From Terriglobia bacterium (GTDB lineage: Bacteria > Acidobacteriota > UBA6911): DNA of 64,000 nucleotides. Made by a program: the position numbers and the translations under genes. Where the stretch lies: NCBI GenBank assembly GCA_963824985.1, contig CAWGRQ010000024.1:264822-328821 (forward strand), in the 5' to 3' direction. How positions within the stretch are numbered: position 1 is the stretch's first letter; every line of letters starts with the position of its first letter. Below, piece after piece: positions 48,164 through 58,900 of the stretch. The notes below the pieces were generated by a model that was not told the DNA's origin, did no database searches, and worked only from the letters and a program-made list of their open reading frames with translations.

Positions 48164-49879
48164 ATGTCGATTATCCTGGTGCATATTCACGGCTCCCAGA
48201 AGGGCCGCAAAGACAGATTGGGCAACGATATCATCCGGCTGGGCAGAAAAGCCGACAACCAGCTGGTCTTCACCGACAACGTCGTCTCGAGCTATCACGC
48301 GGAAATGCGCGCCGGCAGTGATGGGTATGTATTGGCCGACCTGGACAGCACCAACGGCACGTTTCTGAATGGGCGGCGGATTGAAAAGGAGACTCTGAAG
48401 GAGGGGGACCGGGTCGAACTGGGGAAAAACGGTCCGGTATTCGAAGTCCACATCGAATCAGCCGGGGCCGCCAGCGCTCCCCGGATCGTTCCGCTGTCCG
48501 GTTCCTGGGAGCAGGGTGATACCGCACTGGAACTGCGCGAGGCCAGAATCTCCATCGGCCGAGGGTCCAAAAACGACATCATCGTCGGAAGAGATCATGG
48601 ATCGCCGGTTTCCGGAAATCATGCCGAGATTCGCATTCACTCCGACCGGTGCGAATTGGAGGATCTGGGAAGCACCAACGGCACCTATGTAAACGGCCAG
48701 AAGGTTAGGGCCGTGCAGCTCCAGGACGGGGACCGTATCGAATTCGGGAAGAACGGCCCGGCATGCGAATTTCGCTGGAAGAGCGGCTCACCCTCGGCCC
48801 GGCGTGGAAGCGCCCGCGAGAGCGAGCGCCTCTTCCGCAAACTCGAACATGCGGCAAAGGGGGGGCCGGCCGGAGATCGCACAATGTTGCTGTTGCAGGC
48901 CGCCAACAAGTACTATAAGCGGCGGCGCTGGCCTATCCTTGTCCTGGCGGGCGTAGTCATCCTGGCCGCGATCGGGATTGGCATCGAGTTGTACCGGAAA
49001 AACCTCCAGCTGAAGGAACAGGGGCGACTCGCGGAGGCGGTCTTCTACCAGATGCGCTCGGTCGAGGCTCAAATCGTGCAGCAGCGCGAGTCGATGACAC
49101 AGGAGGAATTCCAGAGCCTTCGAGACAAGAGGATGCGCCTGGAGCAGGATTACGACCGCTACCTTGAAAGCTTAGGCCTTTATACCGGCAGGAGCCCGGT
49201 CGAGCAGGCCATTATGCGGCTGGCGCGCCGCCTGGGGGAGACCGACCTCGAACTGCCCCCCGATTTTCAGAAAACCGTCCTCGAGTATGTCGAGCGCTGG
49301 CGCAGCACCCCACGGCTGCGCGCCGCGCTTGACCGCGCCCGGCCGCGGAGCCTCCCGCGCAGAATCCGGCTCGCTCTCGACCAGTATGGTCTGCCGCGGG
49401 AGTTCATGTTTCTCGCCCTTCAGGAGAGCGACTTCGATACCACCCGGGTCGGCCCGCAAACCCGCTTCGGCATAGCCAAGGGAATGTGGCAGTTTATCCC
49501 CAAAACAGCCCAGGAATACGGACTGGCCCTCGGCCCGCTGAAGGATGTCGCCCAATATGACCCCTCCGATCAGCGCCAGGATGAAAATCGCGCCACGGCA
49601 GCGGCCGCCCGCTATCTCGCCTATCTCTATTCCACCAAGGCGGCAGCCTCGGGTCTGCTTGTGATCGCCTCATACAACTATGGCCAGACCCGGATCATCG
49701 AAAGACTGGATCAGCTCCCCAATGACCCGCGCCAACGCAGTTTCTGGTACTTCTATCGCAACGGCTGGATTCCGCCGGAAACGCGCGACTACGTGATGTA
49801 TATCTTCTCGGCAGCCCTGATCTGCGAAAAACCCGACCTCTTCAACATCTCCATGGCCCCCATCGACACGCAGTGGTAA
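48164..49879 (+). CDS. Tandem-FHA / TM / lytic transglycosylase (SLT-domain) fusion protein
   Basis: FHA1 LGRKADNQLVFTDNVVSSYHAEM...LDSTNGTFLNGRRI. FHA2 IGRGSKNDIIVGRDHGSPVSGNHAEI...LGSTNGTYVNGQKV. TM WPILVLAGVVILAAIGIGI. SLT-like EFMFLALQESDFD...GIAKGMWQFIP...IASYNYG. Confidence 0.7.
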   Translation: MSIILVHIHGSQKGRKDRLGNDIIRLGRKADNQLVFTDNVVSSYHAEMRAGSDGYVLADLDSTNGTFLNGRRIEKETLKEGDRVELGKNGPVFEVHIESAGAASAPRIVPLSGSWEQGDTALELREARISIGRGSKNDIIVGRDHGSPVSGNHAEIRIHSDRCELEDLGSTNGTYVNGQKVRAVQLQDGDRIEFGKNGPACEFRWKSGSPSARRGSARESERLFRKLEHAAKGGPAGDRTMLLLQAANKYYKRRRWPILVLAGVVILAAIGIGIELYRKNLQLKEQGRLAEAVFYQMRSVEAQIVQQRESMTQEEFQSLRDKRMRLEQDYDRYLESLGLYTGRSPVEQAIMRLARRLGETDLELPPDFQKTVLEYVERWRSTPRLRAALDRARPRSLPRRIRLALDQYGLPREFMFLALQESDFDTTRVGPQTRFGIAKGMWQFIPKTAQEYGLALGPLKDVAQYDPSDQRQDENRATAAAARYLAYLYSTKAAASGLLVIASYNYGQTRIIERLDQLPNDPRQRSFWYFYRNGWIPPETRDYVMYIFSAALICEKPDLFNISMAPIDTQW

Positions 49880-49913
49880 GGATTCCAAGGACAGTTCCAT
49901 CCCCCTAAAGATC

Positions 49914-52097
49914 TTACTTTGCCTTGCTCCCCTTCAGATACTCATCCAGCCACGCCCTCTCGTTCAGCATCCGGTGAATCTGGTTCCAATGTCCCGCGAT
50001 TCCGTGCGGCTGTCCCGCGTACTGGATGATCTTCGCCGGAACGCCGTTCTTTTTGAGCGCGAAGTACATCTGCTCCCCCTCCTCGAACGGCACGCGGTGA
50101 TCCACCTCGCCATGGATGAAGAGGGTTGCAGCCTTCACCCGGTCGGCATACGTGAGGGGGGATTGGCGGATCATAATTTCTCTCGCCTTCGGGTCCCAGG
50201 GCGTGCCATAGAACTCCGTTTCCTTGGTGCGGGCGATGTCGGCGAGGCCGTAGTCGCTGATCCAGTTGGAAATCCCGGCGCCCGGGCAGGCCGCCGCAAA
50301 CCGGTCGGGGTATTGCGTGATCAGCCAGTTGCTCATGAACCCCCCGTAGGAGTGCCCGATCGTTGCCACCCGGCCGGCGTTAACCGGGAAGTTCTTGATG
50401 ACATAATCCACCCCCGCCATCACGTCCTGCCCATCCTTCGTACCCCAGGCGCCCCACGTAGCCCAGAGGAACTTCTCGCCGTAGCCCGTGGAACTCCGGA
50501 AATTCACCTGGAGAACGAAGTATCCGTTGGCGGCAAAATACTGACCCTTGAAATCGAAGCCGTACCCCACCGCGCTGTGCGGTCCGCCGTGATTGCTGAC
50601 GATTAGCGGAAACGGCCCACCGCCGGGGCGATAGCCATACGGATAGAGAAGCCACCCTTCGACCGGAGTACCGTCGGCGCTCTTGAAGTTCAACCGCTCG
50701 GCGGTGCTGAGTGCAACCTCGGAACGGAAGGCATCGTAAATGTGCGTGAGTTGCCGTTCCCCGGAACCATCGATGTTGGCGAAGGAAATCTCCGAAGGCG
50801 CCTCGAAGCGACCGACGGTGAATGCCATTTTTGTCATCGCGCGATTAAAGGAAAGCCCGCCGATGCGCCGCTCCCCCCTGGTGATCTGTTCAACGGCTCC
50901 GCCCGTCGGCAAAATCCGGAAGAGATGCGTGGTGCCGCCGATGCCCCCGGTAAAATAAACATACTTGCTGTCGGGACTCCATTGGGCGCCTGCGGGCAGA
51001 TAGTCCCAGTCTGCAGTCAGATTCTTTCCCTCGCCGCCGCCCGCCGGCATCAGGATGAGATCCACCGGCCCGCCGTGATTCAGCTTTTTTGCAATGACCA
51101 TGTCGAGCGCAAAGCCGCGCGTGGCCAGAATATACCGGCCGTCGGGCGAATAGCGCGCGTTGGAATAGCTGTAATCGGGATTCGAGGTCAGGCGCCGGGC
51201 CGCGCCGTCGAGGGATACGGTCCAGATGTCGTTGCGGCCGTAAGAACGTTCCTGGCGATACGCGGAGTCGGCGGTAAACAGGATCGCCGTGCCATCATGG
51301 TTCCATTGCACGCCGCCCGGCCGAAATCCCAGCCGGGTGAGCTGCCGTTCCGCGCTGCCGTCCGCCGCGGCGATGAAAATCTCCTGCGGAGGCGTCAGCT
51401 GGGGATCCACGGGGTTGGGCACCGGCCAGGCCGCGCCATCGCGCTTGTATTCGAGCCAGTCGATCACAGATCCCTTGAATCGTTCCTCGTGGCGTTTTGC
51501 GAATTCGGATTCATAGACCCGCTCAGTCTTTGGAGGCGGCGTGTTCCGTACGGTCGCGATCCACTTGCCGTCGGGACTGGGCAGCGGCGCACCCCCCCCT
51601 CTCCCCCCCGCCCCTCTCCCCCCGCTTCTGCCTCCACCCGCGGGAGCGGCAGTGGCTTCAGGGGCCTTCCCCGGCATCCCCGGATCGTAGAGATACGTGC
51701 GATTGCCGGCGCTGAAACGGAGGAGGCCTTCGCCGGTCCATTGAGGAGCGCTCGCATCCACCCCCTCGGCACTCACGCGTCGCTCGGGCGACGAGGCATC
51801 GGCACCGACGAGCCAGACTTCACTCTGGTTCCCGTTCGTTTCCTCCACCCGTGTGCCGACCGTAAACGCGACCCAACGGCCGTCGGGGGAAAGCTCGGGA
51901 GACCCAACCGTTTTGATACGGTAATAGTCCTCGATTGAGAGCGGGCGCCCGCCCGCCCGCGCCGCCGCGGATGCCTGCCCGCGCTCCACAGGCAGGGTGG
52001 AAGAGAGCGCCAGCACAGCGCCGATCGCAGCCGGCAACAGAGCGACAAGGGTAAAATGCGTGCGCGGGACTCGAAATCTGCGGTTGATATCAGACAT
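49914..52097 (-). CDS. S9-family serine peptidase with TolB-like propeller (intact paralog)
   Basis: Start MSDINRRF with AGGAAT SD. Propeller SPDGRWVAFTV. Catalytic GHSYGGFMSNW. IHGEVDHRVP. Gly/Arg-rich insert. 727 aa. Confidence 0.75.
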   Translation of the reverse strand: MSDINRRFRVPRTHFTLVALLPAAIGAVLALSSTLPVERGQASAAARAGGRPLSIEDYYRIKTVGSPELSPDGRWVAFTVGTRVEETNGNQSEVWLVGADASSPERRVSAEGVDASAPQWTGEGLLRFSAGNRTYLYDPGMPGKAPEATAAPAGGGRSGGRGAGGRGGGAPLPSPDGKWIATVRNTPPPKTERVYESEFAKRHEERFKGSVIDWLEYKRDGAAWPVPNPVDPQLTPPQEIFIAAADGSAERQLTRLGFRPGGVQWNHDGTAILFTADSAYRQERSYGRNDIWTVSLDGAARRLTSNPDYSYSNARYSPDGRYILATRGFALDMVIAKKLNHGGPVDLILMPAGGGEGKNLTADWDYLPAGAQWSPDSKYVYFTGGIGGTTHLFRILPTGGAVEQITRGERRIGGLSFNRAMTKMAFTVGRFEAPSEISFANIDGSGERQLTHIYDAFRSEVALSTAERLNFKSADGTPVEGWLLYPYGYRPGGGPFPLIVSNHGGPHSAVGYGFDFKGQYFAANGYFVLQVNFRSSTGYGEKFLWATWGAWGTKDGQDVMAGVDYVIKNFPVNAGRVATIGHSYGGFMSNWLITQYPDRFAAACPGAGISNWISDYGLADIARTKETEFYGTPWDPKAREIMIRQSPLTYADRVKAATLFIHGEVDHRVPFEEGEQMYFALKKNGVPAKIIQYAGQPHGIAGHWNQIHRMLNERAWLDEYLKGSKAK

Positions 52098-52255
52098 GGG
52101 TCGGATTCCTTTCAGTACAAATTTTCCTTCTGCGTTCGGCGCGTTTCGCGGCCCGGCGCGCGGCCGCGATGAACGGCCGGACAAATCGTTTTCCGACAGG
52201 ATCGCGTATTCTGCCAAGGGAATCGCATTCGGCTTCAATCGAATGTGGCCCCATT

Positions 52256-52667
52256 TTACACGATCGTTCGCCTGTCCCCGCCGACAATTGTGCGCATCTC
52301 GTCTGCCTGAAGCTCGGCAACGGTGAATCCCGAGATTTTGCAATCATTGAACCGACGACAAGAGTCGGCGGATTTTTTGAGCCAGCGATCGACGGGATTC
52401 CAGCCGATTCCCTTTACTCGAGCAATTGCGGATTTGTTCAGGCCTTCGACGCTGAGGCTGGCGACCTCGTCAAAGGTTGTGCGACGATGTTGGAGCCGAT
52501 AGTAGGCCGTGCCCACATTCAAGCAGAAGGTCTTCCCGCAAATCCGGCACCCGTATCGGCGACGCTTTTCCCCAAGTGGTTTTGTAGAAGCCGTGGCGGA
52601 TGAGGTTTCCGGCACAGGCTTTCCCCGACAGTGGGCATTGCGGGTTCGTACATCTGAGACTCTTCAT
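52256..52667 (-). mobile_element. IS1595/ISXO2-like transposase N-terminal remnant (zinc ribbon plus HTH), frameshifted and truncated
   Basis: CTNPQCPLSGKACAGNLIRHGFYKTTWGK / RRRYGCRICGKTFCLNVGTAYYRLQHRRTTFDEVASLSVEGLNKSAIARVKGIGWNPVDRWLKK fits the IS1595 zinc-ribbon/HTH N-terminus. No DDE domain follows. Adjacent roughly 450-bp low-GC noncoding stretch. Confidence 0.5.
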
Positions 52668-53130
52668 GGTTCTTGGATCCTGTCGACGATAGAACTTATG
52701 GAATAAAATTGAGTCTCAAACTATACCACGCACGCAAGTTACGGTTGGGCTACCAACAATTGATGACCGGAGTACCCAATTGTCAACATCCGGGTTGCAG
52801 CCGAAGGCGAATGGATAAAGTGGGTAAATGGAAAAAAAGTCGAAACCGTGGATTGAATCAGGGATGCTGCAGCTCCGATTCGGCGGCATGCTTTTCGTGG
52901 AAAGTCCCCAATCGCGAGTTTGGAGCACCGATCCAAAAGGGCCGTGGAGCGATTACGCCGATTGGCTCCGGAACACTCGCGGACGGCATTCCCCGGAGAA
53001 TCCGTGAACCAACGGCCAGATCTGGACATCTAAATTGTTCATACGGCCATTTATAATTATAATGCCTGATGGGGATACTTGATCGACTAAACTGCTGGAA
53101 TGTGACAGACAACGGAAGCGAAAGCGAAAA

Positions 53131-55179
53131 ATGCCTCCTGGAAATGCAATCTGTCATTACTTACTCCTACGGTTGCGCCGACTGGCGCTTGTTGGCTTTG
53201 TCCTGTGCGTCTTCGGAACAGGGAGTTTTGCGTTTCAGGCGGACTCCGGCCCCAAGGAGATCGGCGCCAACATTCGAACGTACTGGCCAAGAAGCCGATT
53301 CACATTGAGAGCGGACTCCAATCTAGTAGAAGTGGGCGTGGTTGTCCGGGACAATCGTGGCCGCGCCATCGGCGGTCTCGGCAAGGACGACTTCGAGATC
53401 GAAGACGCTGGCAGGAGGCAGGACATCACGCTGTTTTCCGTCGAAACATCCACCCCAAGGCCCAAAACGGTGCCCGAGACCCTAAAGACGGTTGCAAACA
53501 GGGCGGTCGAGAGCCCGAGATACCAGCTCCGGTACGTGGCCCTGCTCTTCGACGATTACAGCATGCCTTTTGCCCACCAGTTCTATGTAAAGGAGGCGGC
53601 CAAGCGTTTCGTCAGGGGGGGCTTGTCGCAGGGCGATCGCGTCGGACTGTTTACCACATCAGGAAAACAGATTGTGCCCTTTACCGACGACGGTGCGAAA
53701 CTCGCAGCGGCTATCGACGGATACAACTCCTTCCCTCACGCTCCCGACGGCGGCATCTGCCCCAAACTGACGCCTTATGACGCTTATGTAATCGCAAATA
53801 GAATCGACTTCGAGACCCTGGCCGTCAAGTCGGAGGAACGCGCAGTTTGCTCCAGGGGAAGATCGCCACTTGCTGGTGGTCGTCGTCCTGGGCAAGTCGG
53901 CCACTGGCCTTTTCCGGGGACAGACCCGGTGATGATGCAGGCCGAGGCTATGTGGACACAGATTCGCGATACTTCTATGCGAGCGCTGGAAACGGTGGGA
54001 AGACTCGTGGACTACATGGCGCAGTTGCCAGGAGGGAGAATGGTGCTGCTGGCGTCCTCCGGTTTCCTGGTGGGAACGCTTGAACGGGAGCAACAGGATG
54101 TTATCAACCGCGCGCTCCGGGCCGAGGTAGTCATCAATGCGATCGACGCCAAAGGGCTCTACGCCGAGGATCCGCCCGAGAAGTCTATGGGCTTCAACTT
54201 AGGTTCTTTGATTCGCATGGTAAGGGCCTGTCAATGAATAACGTTTGCACTTTGGCGCGAGCGCCGGGCGGGCAGATGCAAGGCGCCGCGACGCAGGCGA
54301 TGCGGTGCCATCGTCGAGGAGCGGCAACGCAGCAGATGCCCGCCCGCCGCCGCGCCCCTTCGGGCTGCGGCCCGCAGGCCCGCTGGCTTCGTTGCTCGCT
54401 CCTTACATACAACCCGGTATGCTCGTCGCTCGCGCCTCGCCAGCGGGCCTGGGGGCCGGCAGCAAAGTGTAAACGTTATTCATTGACAGGCCCTAAGTTT
54501 GGGGACCAAGGATAAGGACCTCAGCAACGAGATCATGGCGACTCTGACGATGAGCACGGGTGGCCTGTTCTTTCGCAACAACAACGATCTCGATCTCGGC
54601 TTTCGTGAGCTGGGCATGGTTCCCGAAGTTTCGTATCTCCTGGGCTTCTCGCCCAAAGGCGATTTCAATGGAAAGTATCACCGCCTCAAAGTGCGCGTGA
54701 AATCGCGAAATTCGTATTTGATCCAGGCACGACCAGGCTACTGGGCGGTTCCTGCCGAAGCACAGGAATCGGGAGAACGGGCTGTCGACCGCGAGGTGAT
54801 GGGATCTGATACGCGGAAGGAGCTGCCCGCGTCTTTCGCGGCGGCACATTCCAAGGCGGAAAATGGAGGCCCGGCTCTTGACGTCGTGATACATCTCGAT
54901 GTCCGGGAGTTTCACTTCCTCGAAAAGGACGGCGCACGCACCCAGATGATACTTTTCATTGCGGCGTTATTTGACAGTAATGGGCAGTTTGTGGCCGGTA
55001 AGGAAGCCGAAATTCGATTTGCGCTGAAGGAGCCCACTTACAATGGCATGATCGAAACCGGGTTGGACCTGTCGCTTACCTTGCAGGCGCCTCCGGGTGC
55101 ATATCGCCTGCGCAGTGTGGCTCAGGATGCCATCGAAGGCAAGATCGTATCCTCGACACAGGCAGTCGAGATCCGGTAA
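53131..55179 (+). pseudogene. VWFA-related Acidobacterial domain protein, interrupted by a MITE insertion
   Basis: N-terminal part (53131-54237) and C-terminal part (54499-55179) belong to one family. Deleting 54224-54496 (element plus one TAA) joins them in frame: ...SLIRMVSLGTKDKDLSNEIMATLTMSTGG... Confidence 0.7.
54224..54493. mobile_element. 270-bp MITE with 31-bp terminal inverted repeats and 3-bp TAA target-site duplication
   Basis: Left TIR gggcctgtcaatgaataacgtttgcactttg. The reverse complement of the right TIR differs at 1 position. TAA at 54221-54223 and 54494-54496. GC-rich structured interior. A TAA duplication is consistent with an IS5-family-derived MITE. Confidence 0.75.
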
Positions 55180-55637
55180 ACGAACGCCACCTGGATCGAG
55201 ATGTTCGGGCCAGCCGTGGTTTGAATTGATGGCCGGCGTGTCATTCCCGGCGTCGATTTTCAGTTCCTGGACGAGGCGGCCGCCCTTGGCCTCAACGCGG
55301 AGCGTCAACGGATCCGGCTCGATGCGAACCGTCAGGCTCCCGCACCGCACTCTCCGGCTTCCTGCAAGGGTACGCAGCGCGTCGGCCCGCCTCCCCCATG
55401 TGTCCCGGACCAGGGATCCGCTTGGGGGGACCGGCAGCGCCCGCCCGTTCGCAATAGGGAGGAGGGAAATCCGGACGTTTGCGGGGCCGACCGCAGTCAG
55501 GAGGATTTCCGCCTGCCTGCCGGCGATCCGGATTGGAGTTTCCTGGGCGCGGCTGACCGGCGCCGCGAAAAGCACGCTCGAACCGACCGCGGCCGCGCCC
55601 TTCAAGACTTCCCTGCGACTAAGCGGTTTTCTCATGA
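55180..55637 (-). other. Possible gene remnant with Tat-type signal (MRKPLSRREVLKGAAAVGSSVLFAAPVSRAQ)
   Basis: The ORF continues antisense into the VWFA gene, so only about 150 aa can be genuine. Twin-arginine motif SRREVLKG. Confidence 0.3.
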
Positions 55638-55714
55638 TATCGCCCGCGTTCCTTTGAGGGCCAGCGGCCTGTGCCTCGTCAAAATTCGATAATGGGGCGA
55701 ATTGGCGCCCGGCG

Positions 55715-55807
55715 GCATCAGGATGAGATCCACCGGCCCGCCGTGATTCAGCTTTTTTGCAATGACCATGTCGAGCGCAAAGCCGCGCGTGGCCAGAATA
55801 TACCGTC
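55715..55807. repeat. Exact 93-bp duplicate of an internal coding segment of the S9 peptidase (51046-51138)
   Basis: ggcatcaggatgagatccaccggcccgccgtgattcagcttttttgcaatgaccatgtcgagcgcaaagccgcgcgtggccagaatataccg occurs identically in the coding region of the S9 gene and here in non-coding sequence. Confidence 0.7.
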
Positions 55808-55954
55808 AAGGGGGTAGTGTACGGCAAGCCGGGCAGCGGCAAGACGCTGCCATTAGGTGTTCGTGTGCTCAGATGAGTGAAAACCGGATGGGAGCGCGCC
55901 CTGGTGGTCCGAGTACGTGTTCCCCATCGATTGGAACATTGATCTGGAGCGATT

Positions 55955-58900
55955 ATGTCCGGCATTTCCCGATATTCAGCGTTTTGCGTCGCGGCAGCAA
56001 TTTCAGCCTCATTCCTTTTCCCATGGGTGCAGGAGCCACAGCCGCGGGCTTCCGGCGATCCGGTGGCCCGATTCGTTCAAACCGCGCAGGGGGTGATTGC
56101 GACTACCGGCGATCCGGGTCCAAAGCCTGAGTATCCTGCCGACCAGCTCATCATCAAAATCAGGGTCGCCAGCGTGCGCAACCGGCTCCGTGCGGGGACC
56201 CGGCCGCTTTCCCTGGGCAGCCCCTTCGATGCCCTGCTCAAGAAATATTCGGTACAGGAGGTGGCCGCCGTATTTCCGGCGCCCGAACCCATCGTATCCC
56301 GTTCGCTGACGGGCCCCAGGCTCCTGCAATCCTTCCAGTCTTTGAACCTGGCCAACGTGTACCGCCTGCAGACCGAGGCGGCAATCGACGTGATGGCCGC
56401 CGCAGCGGAGTTTCAATCCTTGCCCGAGGTGGAATATGCCGAGCCCAACTATATCTACAGAATCCAGGGCAGACAAATGACCCATTCCTGACATCCCAGG
56501 GTTCCTGGGGGCAACCTTACCCGGACCTGTGGGGCCTGCACCGGATATCCGCACCCGCCGCGTGGGACATAGGCACCGGTGCAGGGGTGGTCGTCGCCGT
56601 CATCGATACGGGTTGTGATGTCACCCACCCGGATTTGTCGGTCAACGTCTGGACCAACGCCGGGGAGATACCCGGGAATGGGATCGACGACGACCACAAT
56701 GGCTTTGTCGATGACGTGACAGGCTGGGATTTTTTCAATCACGACCCGGACGTCAGCGATACCGGCGGGCACGGAACCCATGTCGCAGGGACTATCGCCG
56801 CAGCCGGCAACAACGGCCTCGGTATCGTCGGAGTCGCCTGGGAAGCCAAGGTGATGGCGGTTAAGGGGCTGGGGGATCAGGGCAGCGGGAACAGCGATGA
56901 CTTGGCCAAAGCCGTCCTATACGCCGCCGGCAACGGCGCCAAGATCATCAATATGAGCTGGGGCGGTTCGGGTTTCTCCCAAACCATGGAAGATGCGTTC
57001 ATTTTCGCCAACTCGCTGAACGTTTCCCTGGTCGCGGCCGCGGGCAACAACAATATGGAGGCTTCCTCCTTTTTCCCCGCCAATTCAAGGCACGTCATCA
57101 CGGTGGGCTCCTCGGATCACAACGATCTCCGATCCGACTTTTCCAATTTCAGCTTTTCCGTTGACGTCGTTGCCCCGGGGGGCGACAGCAGCGACAGCTC
57201 CTCCGACCAGATCTTCAACAACATTCTCAGCCTGCTTTCATCGGCCATTACCGGGCAGTTGGCCAACCCGATGTTCCTGGTTGGGGAGAATTATCTCAGG
57301 GCGCGCGGCACGAGCATGGCAGCCCCGCATGTCGCGGGCCTGGCGGCGGGTGGCGGGTTCTCCAGCTACGCGATTCAGTACCAGGACTCGTCGTCGACCG
57401 AGTGGCGCAGCGACGGCATCACGCTTGCGGACGGCGGTGCCAGGAAGGTCAGGGACGGGATCATGGGGACCTGGAATACCGCGAACATCGACCGCGCCAG
57501 CCTGTTCAGGCTCCGGCTGGTGGTGAAGCGCGCCGGCCTGTCCGACGTCGTGAAAGAAACCCGCATTACGATCGATCCGGACCTGCACTCGGGGTGGCCA
57601 CAGCGAATTCCTCCGCTGAATTATCTCATCGGCCGGCTGGTCTACCTGGAAAACGTGACCGCGGCGGACATCGACAGGGATGGGTAGGCCGAAATCCCAG
57701 TCGGCTACGGATTTGACATCAGGGTGTACCGCAGCGACGGCACGATGGCGGCGGGCTGGCCGATTCAGATGGGCCCCTCGCAATTAACCCTCGGCGTAGG
57801 ATCCGCGGCGTTCGTGGATCTGGATGGCGACGGCCGCCGGGAGATGATCGTCGGCTCGGGGATGCCCCTATCGGGTCCCGAGGCTATGATGCCCTTCTGC
57901 CTGCACGCGTTTCGCAGCGACGGGCAGGAAGTGGCGGGTTTCCCCAAGCCGGCTACCGGCTGCGATGCATCCCTGGGCAGTACGCCCGCCGTGATGGATA
58001 TCGACGGTGACGGGCGGCTGGAGATCGCCTGGATCAACATGAGTGGGGATTTATTCCTGTGGGACACGGCAACAGCCGCGCGGATCGAAAGCACGGATTG
58101 GCCCATGTACCAGCATGATCCGGGACGAAGCGGAGCCGCCCCGCACCTGGCGCACAAGACCCTGGCAATCTCCGCTGGAGGCGCCGGAACGGCCGGGACG
58201 TTCGGCAGCATCGGGCCGGTTCAGGCAGGCTATGCGGCGGCAAGCGTCGACTCCGGGACCACACCTTACGGGACCGCAGTCTTCAGCGTGATGCAGGACA
58301 ATGTCGTGATCAGCGAGGCGGCCGTTCCCGCCAGTTTCCCCACGCGGGCGGCAGCCGTTTTTATCGAATATCGCACGGGTGTCGCCGGCATGCCCGGGCG
58401 CACCGATGCCGGTTCCCTCGACGTCTACACCGGCGTTGCCCTCGTCAACCGCGGCTTGGTCCCCGCGCGCGTGACGTACACGCTGCGCAACCAGGCCGGG
58501 GCCGTCGTCGCGGCCGGCCACGGCAGCCTTGGCGCCGGGGCTCAGTTTGCCAGGTTCATCGATCAGCTGAAAGAGGTGGCACCCGATTTCAACATGCCGG
58601 TCGACTTCCCGAGGGCAATCCAGTTCGGGTCCCTCGAAGTGGCCAGCGACCAGCTCCTGTCGGTCCTTGCGCTCCGGCTGACGGTGAACCAGCGCCGCGA
58701 GACGCTGCTCACGAGCACGCCCGTCGCTGACCTCTCGAAGCCGTCGGCTGCACTGAGGCTCTATTTCCCGCAGCTTGTGGACGGAGGCGGCTATTTGACC
58801 ACCCTTTTCCTGCTCAACACCTCGGGCACCGAGGAGACCGGCAGGTTCGAGCTGTACGACGATAACGGAGCGACGCTGCCGGTGAGCCAGGCCGGGGCGG

